The position numbers were made by a program, and so were the translations under genes. DNA of 43,869 nucleotides from Dehalococcoidia bacterium (GTDB taxonomy: Bacteria; Chloroflexota; Dehalococcoidia; DSTF01; RBG-16-68-14). The notes below the pieces were generated by a model that saw nothing but the letters and a program-made list of their open reading frames with translations, had not been told where the DNA came from and did no database searches. Where the stretch lies: NCBI GenBank assembly GCA_040882355.1, contig JBBEBM010000009.1, forward strand, positions 1 through 43,869, written 5' to 3'. Below, piece after piece: positions 18,828 to 27,632 of the stretch; position 1 is the stretch's first letter; every line of letters starts with the position of its first letter.

Positions 18828-19559
18828 CTAGTGGCCGTCGCCTCCTCCACCACCGTCGCCGGGCGCGTCGGGCGTCGGCGCGGGCGGCGCATCTGGCGCT
18901 GGCGCGGAGGGCGCGGCCGCCGAGGGCGCGGCAGCGGGCGGCGCAGGCGGAGCGCCGGCCGCCGGACTCGCCGGCATCCCGGCGCCGCCGTTCTCGAACG
19001 AGAACGGCGGGTACTCGTCGACGAGCGAGGCCATGTACGCCAACACGCGGGCGTTCCAGCGCAGGTACCCGCGGATGAAGTTCTCGGCCCAGTCGGGGGA
19101 GGTGCCGTTGATCAGGATCGAGACCGCCGCGATCAGCCAGACGAAGAAGAAGACGATGCCGATGATCCCCAGGACGATCGCGTGCGGGATCGCCAGGATG
19201 ATCCGAAGCAGCGCCTGACCCACCGACGGCTTGCCCGTGGGCCGCACGTTGAACTGCACAACGTCTTCGGGCTTCTCAGTCGAGAGCTTGTCGGTGGCGA
19301 GCGCCATGTAGCTGTAGAACATCAAGAGGAAGCGCAACCATCTAGTAGGGCCCTGCTCCGCCTCCGCAAGGTACTTCTCGGGCCCCTTCTGCGAGATCAT
19401 CACCGCCGCGATGATCGGAAAGGCCAGGTACGCGCCGCCAAAGACGAACGAGGTGACCTGGAAGATGGAGAGCGCGATCAAGATCACGACTCGCAGCAGG
19501 ATCTGCATCTTGTCGAACTGTTGGGGCGGTTGAATGTCGAATGTGGCGGGATAGGCCAT
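18828..19559 (-). CDS. DUF4389-like membrane protein with Pro/Ala-rich tail
   Basis: RIILAIPH, LRWNARVLAYMASLVDEYPPFS. Confidence 0.82.
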   Translation of the reverse strand: MAYPATFDIQPPQQFDKMQILLRVVILIALSIFQVTSFVFGGAYLAFPIIAAVMISQKGPEKYLAEAEQGPTRWLRFLLMFYSYMALATDKLSTEKPEDVVQFNVRPTGKPSVGQALLRIILAIPHAIVLGIIGIVFFFVWLIAAVSILINGTSPDWAENFIRGYLRWNARVLAYMASLVDEYPPFSFENGGAGMPASPAAGAPPAPPAAAPSAAAPSAPAPDAPPAPTPDAPGDGGGGGDGH

Positions 19560-19657
19560 GACGCGACTCCTTTCGTGCGCCTGCATGCCAGGCTGTGGAC
19601 TGATCCTACTCTTCGAAAGGCCGCCTGTCTACCGCCCCCTCGCGCGAGGGGCACCCC

Positions 19658-20218
19658 TCACGCCAACCCCCTCCGGTAGCCGTACTCCACCGTCGCGCTC
19701 AGGTCGCGCAGCTCGCGCGTTTCGGCGGCGCGCGCGTAGCCGAGCCGCTCGTACAGGCGATGCGCGTCCTCGAAGCGCGTGTCCGACCAGAGGAAGACCT
19801 CACGCGCCCCGCGCGACGCCGCCTCCGTCTCCACCAGCTCGACCAGCCGCGCGCCCAGGCCTCGCTTGCGCCAGCGACGGTGCACGTAGAGCATCCGCAG
19901 CTCCGCATCGTCCGACGCCGCGCCCGTACCCTCGCCCTTGGGGAGAGGGTCGGCCGAAGGCCGGGGTGAGGGCTCCGACGCCGCGCCCGCCACGAGCCCC
20001 ACCGTCGCGACGAGGCGGTCGCCGGCGACGACCACCCACAAACGCCCGCCCCAGCCGGCGTACGCGCTCGCGATCGCGCGGAGGTGCGGCATCTCGCCAT
20101 CGACGTCCAGCACGCAGCCCTCGTACTCGGACCAGCACGACGCCACCAGCCCGATCACGTCGTAGCTGTCGTCGTCGGTGGCGTCGCGAACGGTGAGACG
20201 GTCCGTGTCGATGGTCAC
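19658..20218 (-). CDS. GNAT N-acetyltransferase carrying a 21-aa in-frame repeat insertion
   Basis: AELRMLYV, RKRGLGARL, LWSDTRFEDAHRLYERLGY. Confidence 0.88.
   Translation of the reverse strand: MTIDTDRLTVRDATDDDSYDVIGLVASCWSEYEGCVLDVDGEMPHLRAIASAYAGWGGRLWVVVAGDRLVATVGLVAGAASEPSPRPSADPLPKGEGTGAASDDAELRMLYVHRRWRKRGLGARLVELVETEAASRGAREVFLWSDTRFEDAHRLYERLGYARAAETRELRDLSATVEYGYRRGLA
19911..19989. repeat. 47-bp palindromic element (19927-19973) flanked by exact 16-bp direct repeats
   Basis: TCCGACGCCGCGCCCG at 19911-19926 and 19974-19989; insert on minus strand GCCCTCACCCCGGCCTTCGGCCGACCCTCTCCCCAAGGGCGAGGGTA. Confidence 0.85.
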
Positions 20219-20238
20219 GAGCGCGCGGCCTTGCTGGC

Positions 20239-22821
20239 TTAGAGTTCGACGATACCCTGGTCGCCGTCGACGGTGATCCACTGGCCGTCGCGGATCGTCG
20301 ATGTCGCGTCGCGGGTCATGATCACGGCCGGGATGCGGTACTCGCGCGCGACGAGCGCCGCGTGCTGGAAGACCGCGCCCTGGTCGAGCACAAGCCCTCC
20401 CAGCAGCGGGAAGACCGGCGTCCAGTTCGGCCCAGCGTTGACGGCGACCAGGATCGCCCCCTTCTCGACCTTGGGCGGCCGGGCCGTCATCGGCACGACG
20501 CGCGCCTTACCCAACACGCGCCCGCGCGAGCCGGCCACGCCGCGCAGCACCTTCCCGTCCAGTCCGACGCCCTCCGGCAGGTCGAAAATCGCGAACGGCG
20601 CGGCCGGCGGCGGCCCGCCCGATCCGATGTTCAGGGGCGGCCGCAAGCCCAGGCGCCGCTCGTGCTCGGCCTGGCGTTCCCGCACGATCGTGCGCAGGTC
20701 CTGCGGGCCGCGACCGGACGCGATGCGCCGCAGCTCGGCAACGGGGAAGTGCAGCACGTCGTCGGGGTCGTCGAGACGCCCTTCGTCGACAAGACGCCGG
20801 CCGACGAAGTAGATCGACTCGCGGAACGCGCCGCCGGTCGCCTGCTCCATCATGTGATTGTGGTTCTCCATATCGCAGACTTCTTGCTGCGCCTGCGAGA
20901 GCATGCGGTCGAAGCGAGCAAGGCGCGTTGGGTCGGCGGCCAGCATCCGGCGCACGCGCCGCGTCTGGCGCAGCCGTTCGGCGCGCGCCTCGACCTCGAG
21001 TCGATCGAGGCGGTCGAGTTCGAGCTCGGCGTAGGCGGCGATCATGTCGAGCGGCTGCTCGGGCTGCATGCTCCACGTCGGCGTGTCGAACAACGTCGCC
21101 GAGCCGAAGCCGCGGCCAGTCCGACGGCCGTGACGCTTGAGGAGGCGGCGAAACCCCTCGTTGAGGCGCCGCACGCCCGGCCGCTCGCGCACGCGCCGGT
21201 CGTCGAGGCGCTCGTACGCGCGCGTGGCGAAGATCGAACGCAGCGTCCGGTCCTGCTGGACGAGCCTCGCCAGCCCACGCAGCGAGCGGATCATGCGCGT
21301 CGTCTTGTTCTCGATGGCCTGCAAGAAGACACCGGCATCGACCTGGGGCTCGCCGGTGAGCTCCGTGTAGACAGCGCCCCAATCGAGCCGGCGCGAGATG
21401 TTCGCCCCGGCGAAACGCCAGTGCAGGTCGCCGAGCACGCGGGAATACGCCCGCATCGCGCTCTCCATGTGCGCCACGAGCTCCTTCCGCGACGCGCGCT
21501 CCGGCCGGAAACGTTCGAGCTCGCGCACGATCTCTTCGACTTCTGGGCGAAGCTCTTCCTCCCAGATCGACGTGCTGCGGTCGTAGTACTTCTGGGCGCG
21601 TGCGCCGTAGCGCTGCAGAAGCGCCGCAACCTTCGCTTCGTCCACATCCGGGCCACGGCCGTAGGAGAAGCCGTCGATGAAGCAGATGATGTGGTTCCGC
21701 GCGAGCGGCGAACCGGTCGCGTTGAAGCAGGCCCGCGAACCGGCGTAGTACGCTCTCAGCGCGTCCTGCTCGAGGCGACGTGTCGGCACCGCTCCGCGTT
21801 GGGGGATGCGATAGAGGAGCCATGTATGGTTCGCGTCCTCCGGCTTCTCCCAGACGATCGGAAAGTCGGGCGTCTCATCGACCGCGGTCACCGGCCGCGC
21901 CTGCAATAGATGGACGGAACCGTTGCGCACCGCGAACTCGATGTCCTGGTGGCCTTCGAAGAGCCCTCGCACCGACGTGGCGAGGCTGGCCAGCTCAATC
22001 AGGTGCTGCTCGCGGAGCGCGGGCGCCGTCTGCTCCTTCGACCGGACCTTGACTCGGCGCAGGCCGCCCCGCCGGGCGAGCGTGACCTTGTAGTCCTTCG
22101 TAGCGATCTCACGGTCGAGGACAGCGCCGCTCTCCGGGTGCAGGCCGAAGCGATCGGCGGGCGCCTCGCCCGCCACGACACCCTCGCCCATGCCGAGCGC
22201 CGCGTTCACGACGTAGCGGTTCTCGTCGCTCGTCATGGGGTCGCGCGTGAAGAGCACGCCAGCCGCTTCCGCGGGCAGCAGCTCCTGCACCACGACGGCC
22301 ATGCGCACGTCTCCGTCCGCTATGGCCCGCTGGCGACGGTACGAGACCGCCCGCGGCGAGTAGAGCGACGCCCAGACGTGCAGGATGCGCTGGAGGATCT
22401 CGGCGGGCCCGAGCACGTTGAGGAAGCTGTCGTACTGCCCGGCGAAGCTGGCGGTCGGCAGGTCCTCCGCCGTCGCCGAGGAGCGCACGGCGACCGCCGG
22501 GGCGCCCATCGAATGGTGCGCGTCGTGGACGGCGCCAACGATGTCGTCCGGCAGCTCGTGCCGCTCGAGGCGCTTGCGCGCGCTGCGATACGCATACTCC
22601 AGCGCATCGAGATCGGCGACGTCGACCCCCGCGAACGTCGCTTCGATCTCCGACAGCAGCCCGTCCGTGCCGCGCTCGAACGCGTGCGCCGTGACGACGA
22701 AGCCGGCTGGCACCGGCAGCCGCGCCTTGATCATGCGCGCCAGCGCCGCCCCCTTCGCCCCCGCAATGGCGGGGTCGTGCGCAGCGGTGTCGTGAAGTGG
22801 AATGACGTGTCTGCGGGTCAT
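20239..22821 (-). CDS. PEP-utilising enzyme, PEP synthase / rifampin phosphotransferase-like architecture
   Basis: GAKG, VAVRSSATAEDL..ASFAGQYDS, QDIEFA, LLQARP; C-terminal QHAALVAREYRIPAV (phospho-His) and VDGDQG. Confidence 0.9.
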   Translation of the reverse strand: MTRRHVIPLHDTAAHDPAIAGAKGAALARMIKARLPVPAGFVVTAHAFERGTDGLLSEIEATFAGVDVADLDALEYAYRSARKRLERHELPDDIVGAVHDAHHSMGAPAVAVRSSATAEDLPTASFAGQYDSFLNVLGPAEILQRILHVWASLYSPRAVSYRRQRAIADGDVRMAVVVQELLPAEAAGVLFTRDPMTSDENRYVVNAALGMGEGVVAGEAPADRFGLHPESGAVLDREIATKDYKVTLARRGGLRRVKVRSKEQTAPALREQHLIELASLATSVRGLFEGHQDIEFAVRNGSVHLLQARPVTAVDETPDFPIVWEKPEDANHTWLLYRIPQRGAVPTRRLEQDALRAYYAGSRACFNATGSPLARNHIICFIDGFSYGRGPDVDEAKVAALLQRYGARAQKYYDRSTSIWEEELRPEVEEIVRELERFRPERASRKELVAHMESAMRAYSRVLGDLHWRFAGANISRRLDWGAVYTELTGEPQVDAGVFLQAIENKTTRMIRSLRGLARLVQQDRTLRSIFATRAYERLDDRRVRERPGVRRLNEGFRRLLKRHGRRTGRGFGSATLFDTPTWSMQPEQPLDMIAAYAELELDRLDRLEVEARAERLRQTRRVRRMLAADPTRLARFDRMLSQAQQEVCDMENHNHMMEQATGGAFRESIYFVGRRLVDEGRLDDPDDVLHFPVAELRRIASGRGPQDLRTIVRERQAEHERRLGLRPPLNIGSGGPPPAAPFAIFDLPEGVGLDGKVLRGVAGSRGRVLGKARVVPMTARPPKVEKGAILVAVNAGPNWTPVFPLLGGLVLDQGAVFQHAALVAREYRIPAVIMTRDATSTIRDGQWITVDGDQGIVEL

Positions 22822-22828
22822 GCGGTCT

Positions 22829-22838
22829 ACGTTAGCAC
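22829..22838 (-). promoter_or_regulatory. Extended -10 element for a leaderless PEP-utiliser transcript
   Basis: Minus strand GTGC-TAACGT, then 7 nt to ATG 22821; no SD. Confidence 0.45.
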
Positions 22839-22861
22839 GGCGCGGTGCCAGTTGGCGGGTT

Positions 22862-22924
22862 CGCGCTGTCCACCCTCACCCGGCCTGCCGGCTGCCCCTC
22901 TCCCAATGAGAGAGGGGCGCGTGC
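22862..22924. repeat. 63-bp direct repeat with internal palindromes, copy 1 (downstream of DUF559 gene)
   Basis: 55/63 identical to 23390-23452; CCCTCACCC...CCCCTCTCCCAATGAGAGAGGGG. Confidence 0.88.
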
Positions 22925-22959
22925 CGCTTGCGCTCCCCTGGAGCCGAGAAGCTCTGAGG

Positions 22960-23358
22960 TCACGAGCGTTCCCCAAGCACGCGAGGGGTGAGCAGATGAA
23001 GCTCGCGCCGTACGCTCTCCGCAACCGCATTCATGTTCTTCTCGACCTGTTCCGCATCGATGCGGAGCACGCGAAGGCCCAACGCTTCGAGGATCTGCTG
23101 ACGCCCGCGGTCAGCGGCCCGCTTCCCAAGGTGGATCGGGCCGTCGATCTCCACGATCAATCCGGCCTCATCACAGTAGAAGTCCACCACGAACGAACCG
23201 ATCGGCTGCTGACGGCGAAACTTGTAGCCACCCAGCTTTCGACTTCTCAGCACATCCCAGAGCAACGCCTCGCTTGGCGTCGGCTCCCGCCGCAACTCGC
23301 GCGCAATCTCCACCATCCGCTCCCTCAATTCTGCCGTGACGAGTTCGTCAAACCGCAT
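22960..23358 (-). CDS. DUF559 / Vsr-like endonuclease domain protein
   Basis: ARELRREPTPSEALLW, GYKFRRQQPIG.FVVDFYC, IVEIDGPIH, DRGRQQILEALGLRVLR. Confidence 0.92.
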   Translation of the reverse strand: MRFDELVTAELRERMVEIARELRREPTPSEALLWDVLRSRKLGGYKFRRQQPIGSFVVDFYCDEAGLIVEIDGPIHLGKRAADRGRQQILEALGLRVLRIDAEQVEKNMNAVAESVRRELHLLTPRVLGERS

Positions 23359-23389
23359 CTTTCCGGCCAAGTCTACATGTCATCTTGAG

Positions 23390-23489
23390 CGCGCTGCCGT
23401 CCCTCACCCTGCCTACCAGCTACCCCTCTCCCAATGGGAGAGGGGCGCGTGCATCCTGGTGTTTCCCGCACACGCGCGTGGGGTGAGGG
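23390..23489. repeat. Direct repeat copy 2 (23390-23452) plus closing GGGGTGAGGG arm (upstream of DUF559 gene)
   Basis: CCCCTCTCCC-AAT-GGGAGAGGGG perfect stem; CCCTCACCC (about 23401) can pair with GGGTGAGGG (23481-23489). Confidence 0.88.
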
Positions 23490-23553
23490 CCCCCGCAGTG
23501 GCCGGGTCGCGCGACGCAGCGTGATGGAGCGGGATGACGTGTTTAGCTACCAC
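23489..23553 (-). pseudogene. Orphan 5' fragment of the PEP-utiliser gene
   Basis: GTG 4 nt after the ilvD stop; MVAKHVIPLHHAASRDPATAGA versus MTRRHVIPLHDTAAHDPAIAGA; homology ends at the repeat arm. Confidence 0.8.
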
Positions 23554-23557
23554 TGTG

Positions 23558-25249
23558 CTACCCGCAGACAGCGCCCTCTGACGCCGAGGAAACCAGCCGC
23601 GCATACTTGGCGAGCGCCCCCCACGTGTAGTGCGGCGGGGGCGGCGTCCACGCGGCCAGCCGGCGGTCGATCTCCTCCTTCGGCACGTGCAGCTCCAGCC
23701 GGCGGTTCGCGGCGTCGACGGTGATCTGGTCGCCGTCCTGCACGATCGCGATCGGCCCGCCGACCGCGGCCTCGGGCGCGACGTGGCCCACCATCAGCCC
23801 GCGCGTTGCGCCGGAGAAGCGGCCGTCGGTCACCATCGCGATCTGGTCGCCGAGGCCCTGCCCGACGAGCGCGGCCGTCGTCGCGAGCATCTCGCGCATG
23901 CCGGGGCCGCCCTTCGGCCCTTCGTAGCGGATGACGACGACGTCGCCCGCCTGGATCTCGCGCCGCTCGACCGCGGCGAAGCACGCCTCCTCGCCGTCGT
24001 AGACACGAGCGGGGCCGGTGCGATCCAGGTGCGCGACCGACGCCACCTTCGCGACAGCGCCCTCGGGCGCGAGGTTGCCGCGCAACACGACGATCGTGCT
24101 CCCGCCCGAGAGCGCCTTCTCGACCGGGTGCACCACGTCGCCGTCGGGCGAGACGTTGATCGCATCGAGGTTCTCGGCCATCGTCTTGCCGGTGACGGTG
24201 AGCGCGTCGCCGTGGAGCGCGCCTGCCTTCAGCAGCTCCTTCAGCACGACAGGCACCCCACCGACGCGATGCAGGTCGGCCATCACGAACGTACCGCCCG
24301 GCTTGAGGTCGGCCAGGTGGGGCGTGCGCGCGCAGACCTTGTCGATGTCGTCCAGCGTGAAGTCGACGCCCGCCTCGCGCGCCAGAGCGAGGAGATGGAG
24401 CACCGCGTTCGTCGAGCCGCCGACGGCGACCGCGACCGCGATGCCGTTTTCGAGCGCCTCGCGGCTGATGATGTCGCGGGGGCGGATGTTCCGCTCCAGC
24501 AGGTTGAGCACTGCCTCCCCCGTGCGGCGGCAAACGTCGGTGCGCTCCGGGAAGACGGCGGGCACGGCGGCGCTGCCGGGCAGCGCCAGGCCGACGGCCT
24601 CGCTCACGGCGGCCATCGTATTCGCGGTGAACATGCCGCCGCACGAGCCGGCGCCAGGACAGGCGACGTGCTCCAGCTCCAGCAGGTCGGCTTCGCTCAT
24701 GGTGCCGGCGCTGTGCGCGCCCACGCCTTCGAAGACGTCCTGCACGGTGACCGGACGCTCGTGGTAGGTGCCGGGGAGGATACTGCCGCCGTAGAGGAAG
24801 ACGCTGGGCAGATTGACGCGCGCCATCGCCATCATCATGCCAGGCAGGCTCTTGTCGCAGCCGGCGATGCCCGCGAGGCCGTCGTAGGCGTGGGCAAGCA
24901 TCATCACCTCGGCCGAGTCGGCGATGATCTCGCGGCTGACGAGCGACGCCTTCATCCCCTCGTGGCCCATCGCCATCCCGTCGCCGACGGCGATCGTCGC
25001 GAACTCGCGGGGCGTGCCGCCGGCGCCCTTCACGCCCGCCTTGACGTGCTGCGCCAGACCGCTCAGGTGCATGTTGCAGGGCATCGCCTCGTTGCCGGCG
25101 TGACCCACGGCGACGATGGGCCGCGTGAGGTCATCGTCGGTGAGGCCCATCGCGTAGAAGTACGAACGGTTGGGCGCGCGCTCGGGCCCCTCGGTCACCT
25201 GCCAGCTCCTGGGCTTCGTGCCGGCGTGCGTGGCGGTTTCGGTGGTCAT
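23558..25249 (-). CDS. ilvD: Dihydroxy-acid dehydratase
   Basis: [61 protein letters not shown]. Confidence 0.97.
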   Translation of the reverse strand: MTTETATHAGTKPRSWQVTEGPERAPNRSYFYAMGLTDDDLTRPIVAVGHAGNEAMPCNMHLSGLAQHVKAGVKGAGGTPREFATIAVGDGMAMGHEGMKASLVSREIIADSAEVMMLAHAYDGLAGIAGCDKSLPGMMMAMARVNLPSVFLYGGSILPGTYHERPVTVQDVFEGVGAHSAGTMSEADLLELEHVACPGAGSCGGMFTANTMAAVSEAVGLALPGSAAVPAVFPERTDVCRRTGEAVLNLLERNIRPRDIISREALENGIAVAVAVGGSTNAVLHLLALAREAGVDFTLDDIDKVCARTPHLADLKPGGTFVMADLHRVGGVPVVLKELLKAGALHGDALTVTGKTMAENLDAINVSPDGDVVHPVEKALSGGSTIVVLRGNLAPEGAVAKVASVAHLDRTGPARVYDGEEACFAAVERREIQAGDVVVIRYEGPKGGPGMREMLATTAALVGQGLGDQIAMVTDGRFSGATRGLMVGHVAPEAAVGGPIAIVQDGDQITVDAANRRLELHVPKEEIDRRLAAWTPPPPHYTWGALAKYARLVSSASEGAVCG

Positions 25250-25327
25250 GACGTGCCTCCTAGCGGCGTGGCTGTGCAGGCAGCGTACCGTGAGGCGAAC
25301 GGGAGTCTCAAGGAGGTGGACGCAGGT

Positions 25328-26134
25328 TCAGGCGTCGCTGTCGCTCTCGACGGCTTCTCGCTGCCGCTGTCGCTGCTGCGCCTGGCGCATCATCGTGAGG
25401 ACCGCGATGGCAAAGAAGGCGAAGAGGATCAGCTCGAAGATGCGCACGTTCTGGTCGGACGTGTCCAGGCTCAGCCCGAAGACGCCCAGCAGGTACCCCA
25501 GCATCATGAAGACCACCACCCAGAGTGCCGCCCCAATGTAGTCGAGGACGATCCAGCGCCTCAACGGCATCCGCATAAAGCCTGCCGCCGCCGGCCCGAT
25601 CAGCCGCGAGTAGCCCGCGAAGTGGTAGGCGACGACGACCCAGGCGTTTTCGTTGATCAGCGGGTCGCGCATCCGCTCCGACCAGCGCGCGAGCCTCGAC
25701 TCGGCGCCCAGGCGCTGCCAGCCGAACCGACCGATGCCGTAGCTGATCGTGTCGCCGATCCAGGCGCCGAGGATGGCGAGCGGGATGCCGGGCCAGAGCC
25801 CGATCAGCCCTTCCTCGGCGCTCAACCCGGCGAGCAGCATCACCAGCGTGCCCGGGATGATCGCGCCGATGAAGAGGGTGTTCTCCAGCAGCGGCGCCAG
25901 GAACACCGTGAGGTAGCCGTACGACTCGAAGAGGTCCTTCGCGATGCTGAGCGCCTGCTCGGTCAGCCAGCTAAACCCTCCGAAGAAGCTCTGGACCGGC
26001 TTGAACGGCGTGAATCGCCCGACCATCACGAGAGCCGCGATCGCCAGCACCCAGACGAGGTCGCGCGGCTGCCAGCGGTCCTTGTCTCCGCGACCGGACC
26101 GGCCCGACGCTTGCCGCTCATCCAGGGAGGCCAT
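25328..26134 (-). CDS. DedA family membrane protein (divergent)
   Basis: LEN..FIGAIIPG, GDTISYGIGR, AAAGFMRMP. Confidence 0.85.
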   Translation of the reverse strand: MASLDERQASGRSGRGDKDRWQPRDLVWVLAIAALVMVGRFTPFKPVQSFFGGFSWLTEQALSIAKDLFESYGYLTVFLAPLLENTLFIGAIIPGTLVMLLAGLSAEEGLIGLWPGIPLAILGAWIGDTISYGIGRFGWQRLGAESRLARWSERMRDPLINENAWVVVAYHFAGYSRLIGPAAAGFMRMPLRRWIVLDYIGAALWVVVFMMLGYLLGVFGLSLDTSDQNVRIFELILFAFFAIAVLTMMRQAQQRQRQREAVESDSDA

Positions 26135-26159
26135 GTCGAAGCTCCAGGCCGGCGGGGGG

Positions 26160-26837
26160 CTAGCCGTCCTCCAGCGTCTGCGTCTGTGGCTCAGGTTGCG
26201 GGCCCCAGGCCCGCTTCACGTGTCGATAGACGTACCAGACCACCAGACCTACGATCGCGATCACGATCGGGATGTCCGCTGGTCGCATCCAGGCGCGCAG
26301 GTCTTCCCAATTCTCGCCGAGGACGTAACCGCCCCACGCTAGCAGCAGCGACCACAGAAACGCGCCCACGAACGTGTAGACCGTGAACTGCCAGATCGGC
26401 ATGCGCGAGATGCCCGCCGGCAGGCTGATGAACGTGCGCACGACCGGGAGAAGGCGCGACCCGAACACGGCTAAGTTACCCCAACGCTGGAAAAAGCGAT
26501 CGGCCAGGTCCAGGTCGTGGTGGGAGATCAGGATGTATTTGCCGTACTTCTCGACGAGCGGCCGGCCGCCCCACGCCCCCGCCCAGTACGCGATCAGCGA
26601 ACCAAGGGTGTTGCCCAGCCCGCCGCAGAACGCTGCGAGCAACAGCCACTCGGGCCCCAGGCCTTCGTCCTTGATCAGCATCCAGCCAGCGAGGGGCATG
26701 ATGATCTCGCTGGGCAGGGGGATGCAGGCGCTCTCGATCGCCATCAGCACGACGACCCCCGGCCAGCCGATCAGGTCGTAGGTGTTGCTGATGAAGTCGA
26801 GCAGATGGTTTTCGACCGCGTGGATCAGCTCTTGCAT
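26160..26837 (-). CDS. DedA family membrane protein
   Basis: LMAIESACIPLPSEIIMPLAG, RLLPVVRTFISLPAG. Confidence 0.93.
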   Translation of the reverse strand: MQELIHAVENHLLDFISNTYDLIGWPGVVVLMAIESACIPLPSEIIMPLAGWMLIKDEGLGPEWLLLAAFCGGLGNTLGSLIAYWAGAWGGRPLVEKYGKYILISHHDLDLADRFFQRWGNLAVFGSRLLPVVRTFISLPAGISRMPIWQFTVYTFVGAFLWSLLLAWGGYVLGENWEDLRAWMRPADIPIVIAIVGLVVWYVYRHVKRAWGPQPEPQTQTLEDG

Positions 26838-26960
26838 GCTAACGATGCGCGCAACCGGCCTTGGACAGGCTCGACGCGCACCTGATACTGATCTTACTCT
26901 ACCACCGTGTCAGCGGCTATGCGTGTCCGCCCTCTCCCGTCCACCTGCTACCATTCGTTC

Positions 26961-27596
26961 GTGAGCGAACCGCCCTTCCGCCCGGAGCATTTCCGTCGCC
27001 AGGACGAGCGCGACGATCCGCTCTTCTACACGGCGCCCCGCCTCGTGACGCACATCGACGACCACGCCATCGAGGCGATCCGCGCCCTCTACGCCGAGCT
27101 GCTCACGCCTGAAGGCGACGTGCTCGACCTTATGTCGAGCTGGAAGTCGCACCTGCCCGCCGAACCGCCCCGCCGCCTGACCGTCGGCCTCGGTATGAAC
27201 GGGGTCGAGCTGCGCGAGAACGACCAGCTCGACCAAGGCGTCGTCCACGACGTCAATCGCACACCGCACCTCCCCTTCCGCGATCGGTCGTTCGACGCCG
27301 TCGTGATGGCCGTGTCGGTGCAGTACCTGACCCAGCCCGTGCAGACGTTTCGAGAGGTGGCGCGCATCCTGCGGCCCGGCGGCCCGTTCGTCATCACCTA
27401 CTCCAACCGCCTCTTCCCGGAGAAGGCCGTCGCGGTCTGGTGGGCGTGTGACGCCGAGCAGCGGGCGCGGCTCATTAGCGCCTACTTCCACTACGCCGGC
27501 GGCTGGGAGCAGCCAACATCCCAGGACCGGAGCCCGCGTCTCGCCTTCGCGACGGACCCTCTGTTCGCGGTCTGGGCGCGCCTCGCCATCGCGTAG
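26961..27596 (+). CDS. SAM-dependent methyltransferase (type 11-like)
   Basis: FYTAPRLVTHIDD, VLDLMSSWKSHLP, VSVQYLTQP, SNRLFPEKAV; TGnTACCAT 6 nt before GTG. Confidence 0.88.
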   Translation: MSEPPFRPEHFRRQDERDDPLFYTAPRLVTHIDDHAIEAIRALYAELLTPEGDVLDLMSSWKSHLPAEPPRRLTVGLGMNGVELRENDQLDQGVVHDVNRTPHLPFRDRSFDAVVMAVSVQYLTQPVQTFREVARILRPGGPFVITYSNRLFPEKAVAVWWACDAEQRARLISAYFHYAGGWEQPTSQDRSPRLAFATDPLFAVWARLAIA

Positions 27597-27615
27597 GCCA
27601 GGCCTTCAGCCTGGC
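27593..27615. repeat. GTAG-type REP-like hairpin overlapping the stop codon
   Basis: GTAG-GCCAGGC-CTTCA-GCCTGGC. Confidence 0.55.
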
Positions 27616-27632
27616 TCGCTCGCCGTGCGCGC

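Noticed and set aside
18828..18990. Pro/Ala-rich low-complexity DNA (also the mrr linker and secD tail)
   Set aside because: Explained by flexible protein linkers, not independent repeats.
23630..26386. Long alternative-frame and antisense ORFs (918 aa here; also 11174-13114, 20362-21909, 34295-35644, 36837-38468)
   Set aside because: Shadow ORFs expected at high GC; they overlap well-supported genes and have no recognisable motifs.
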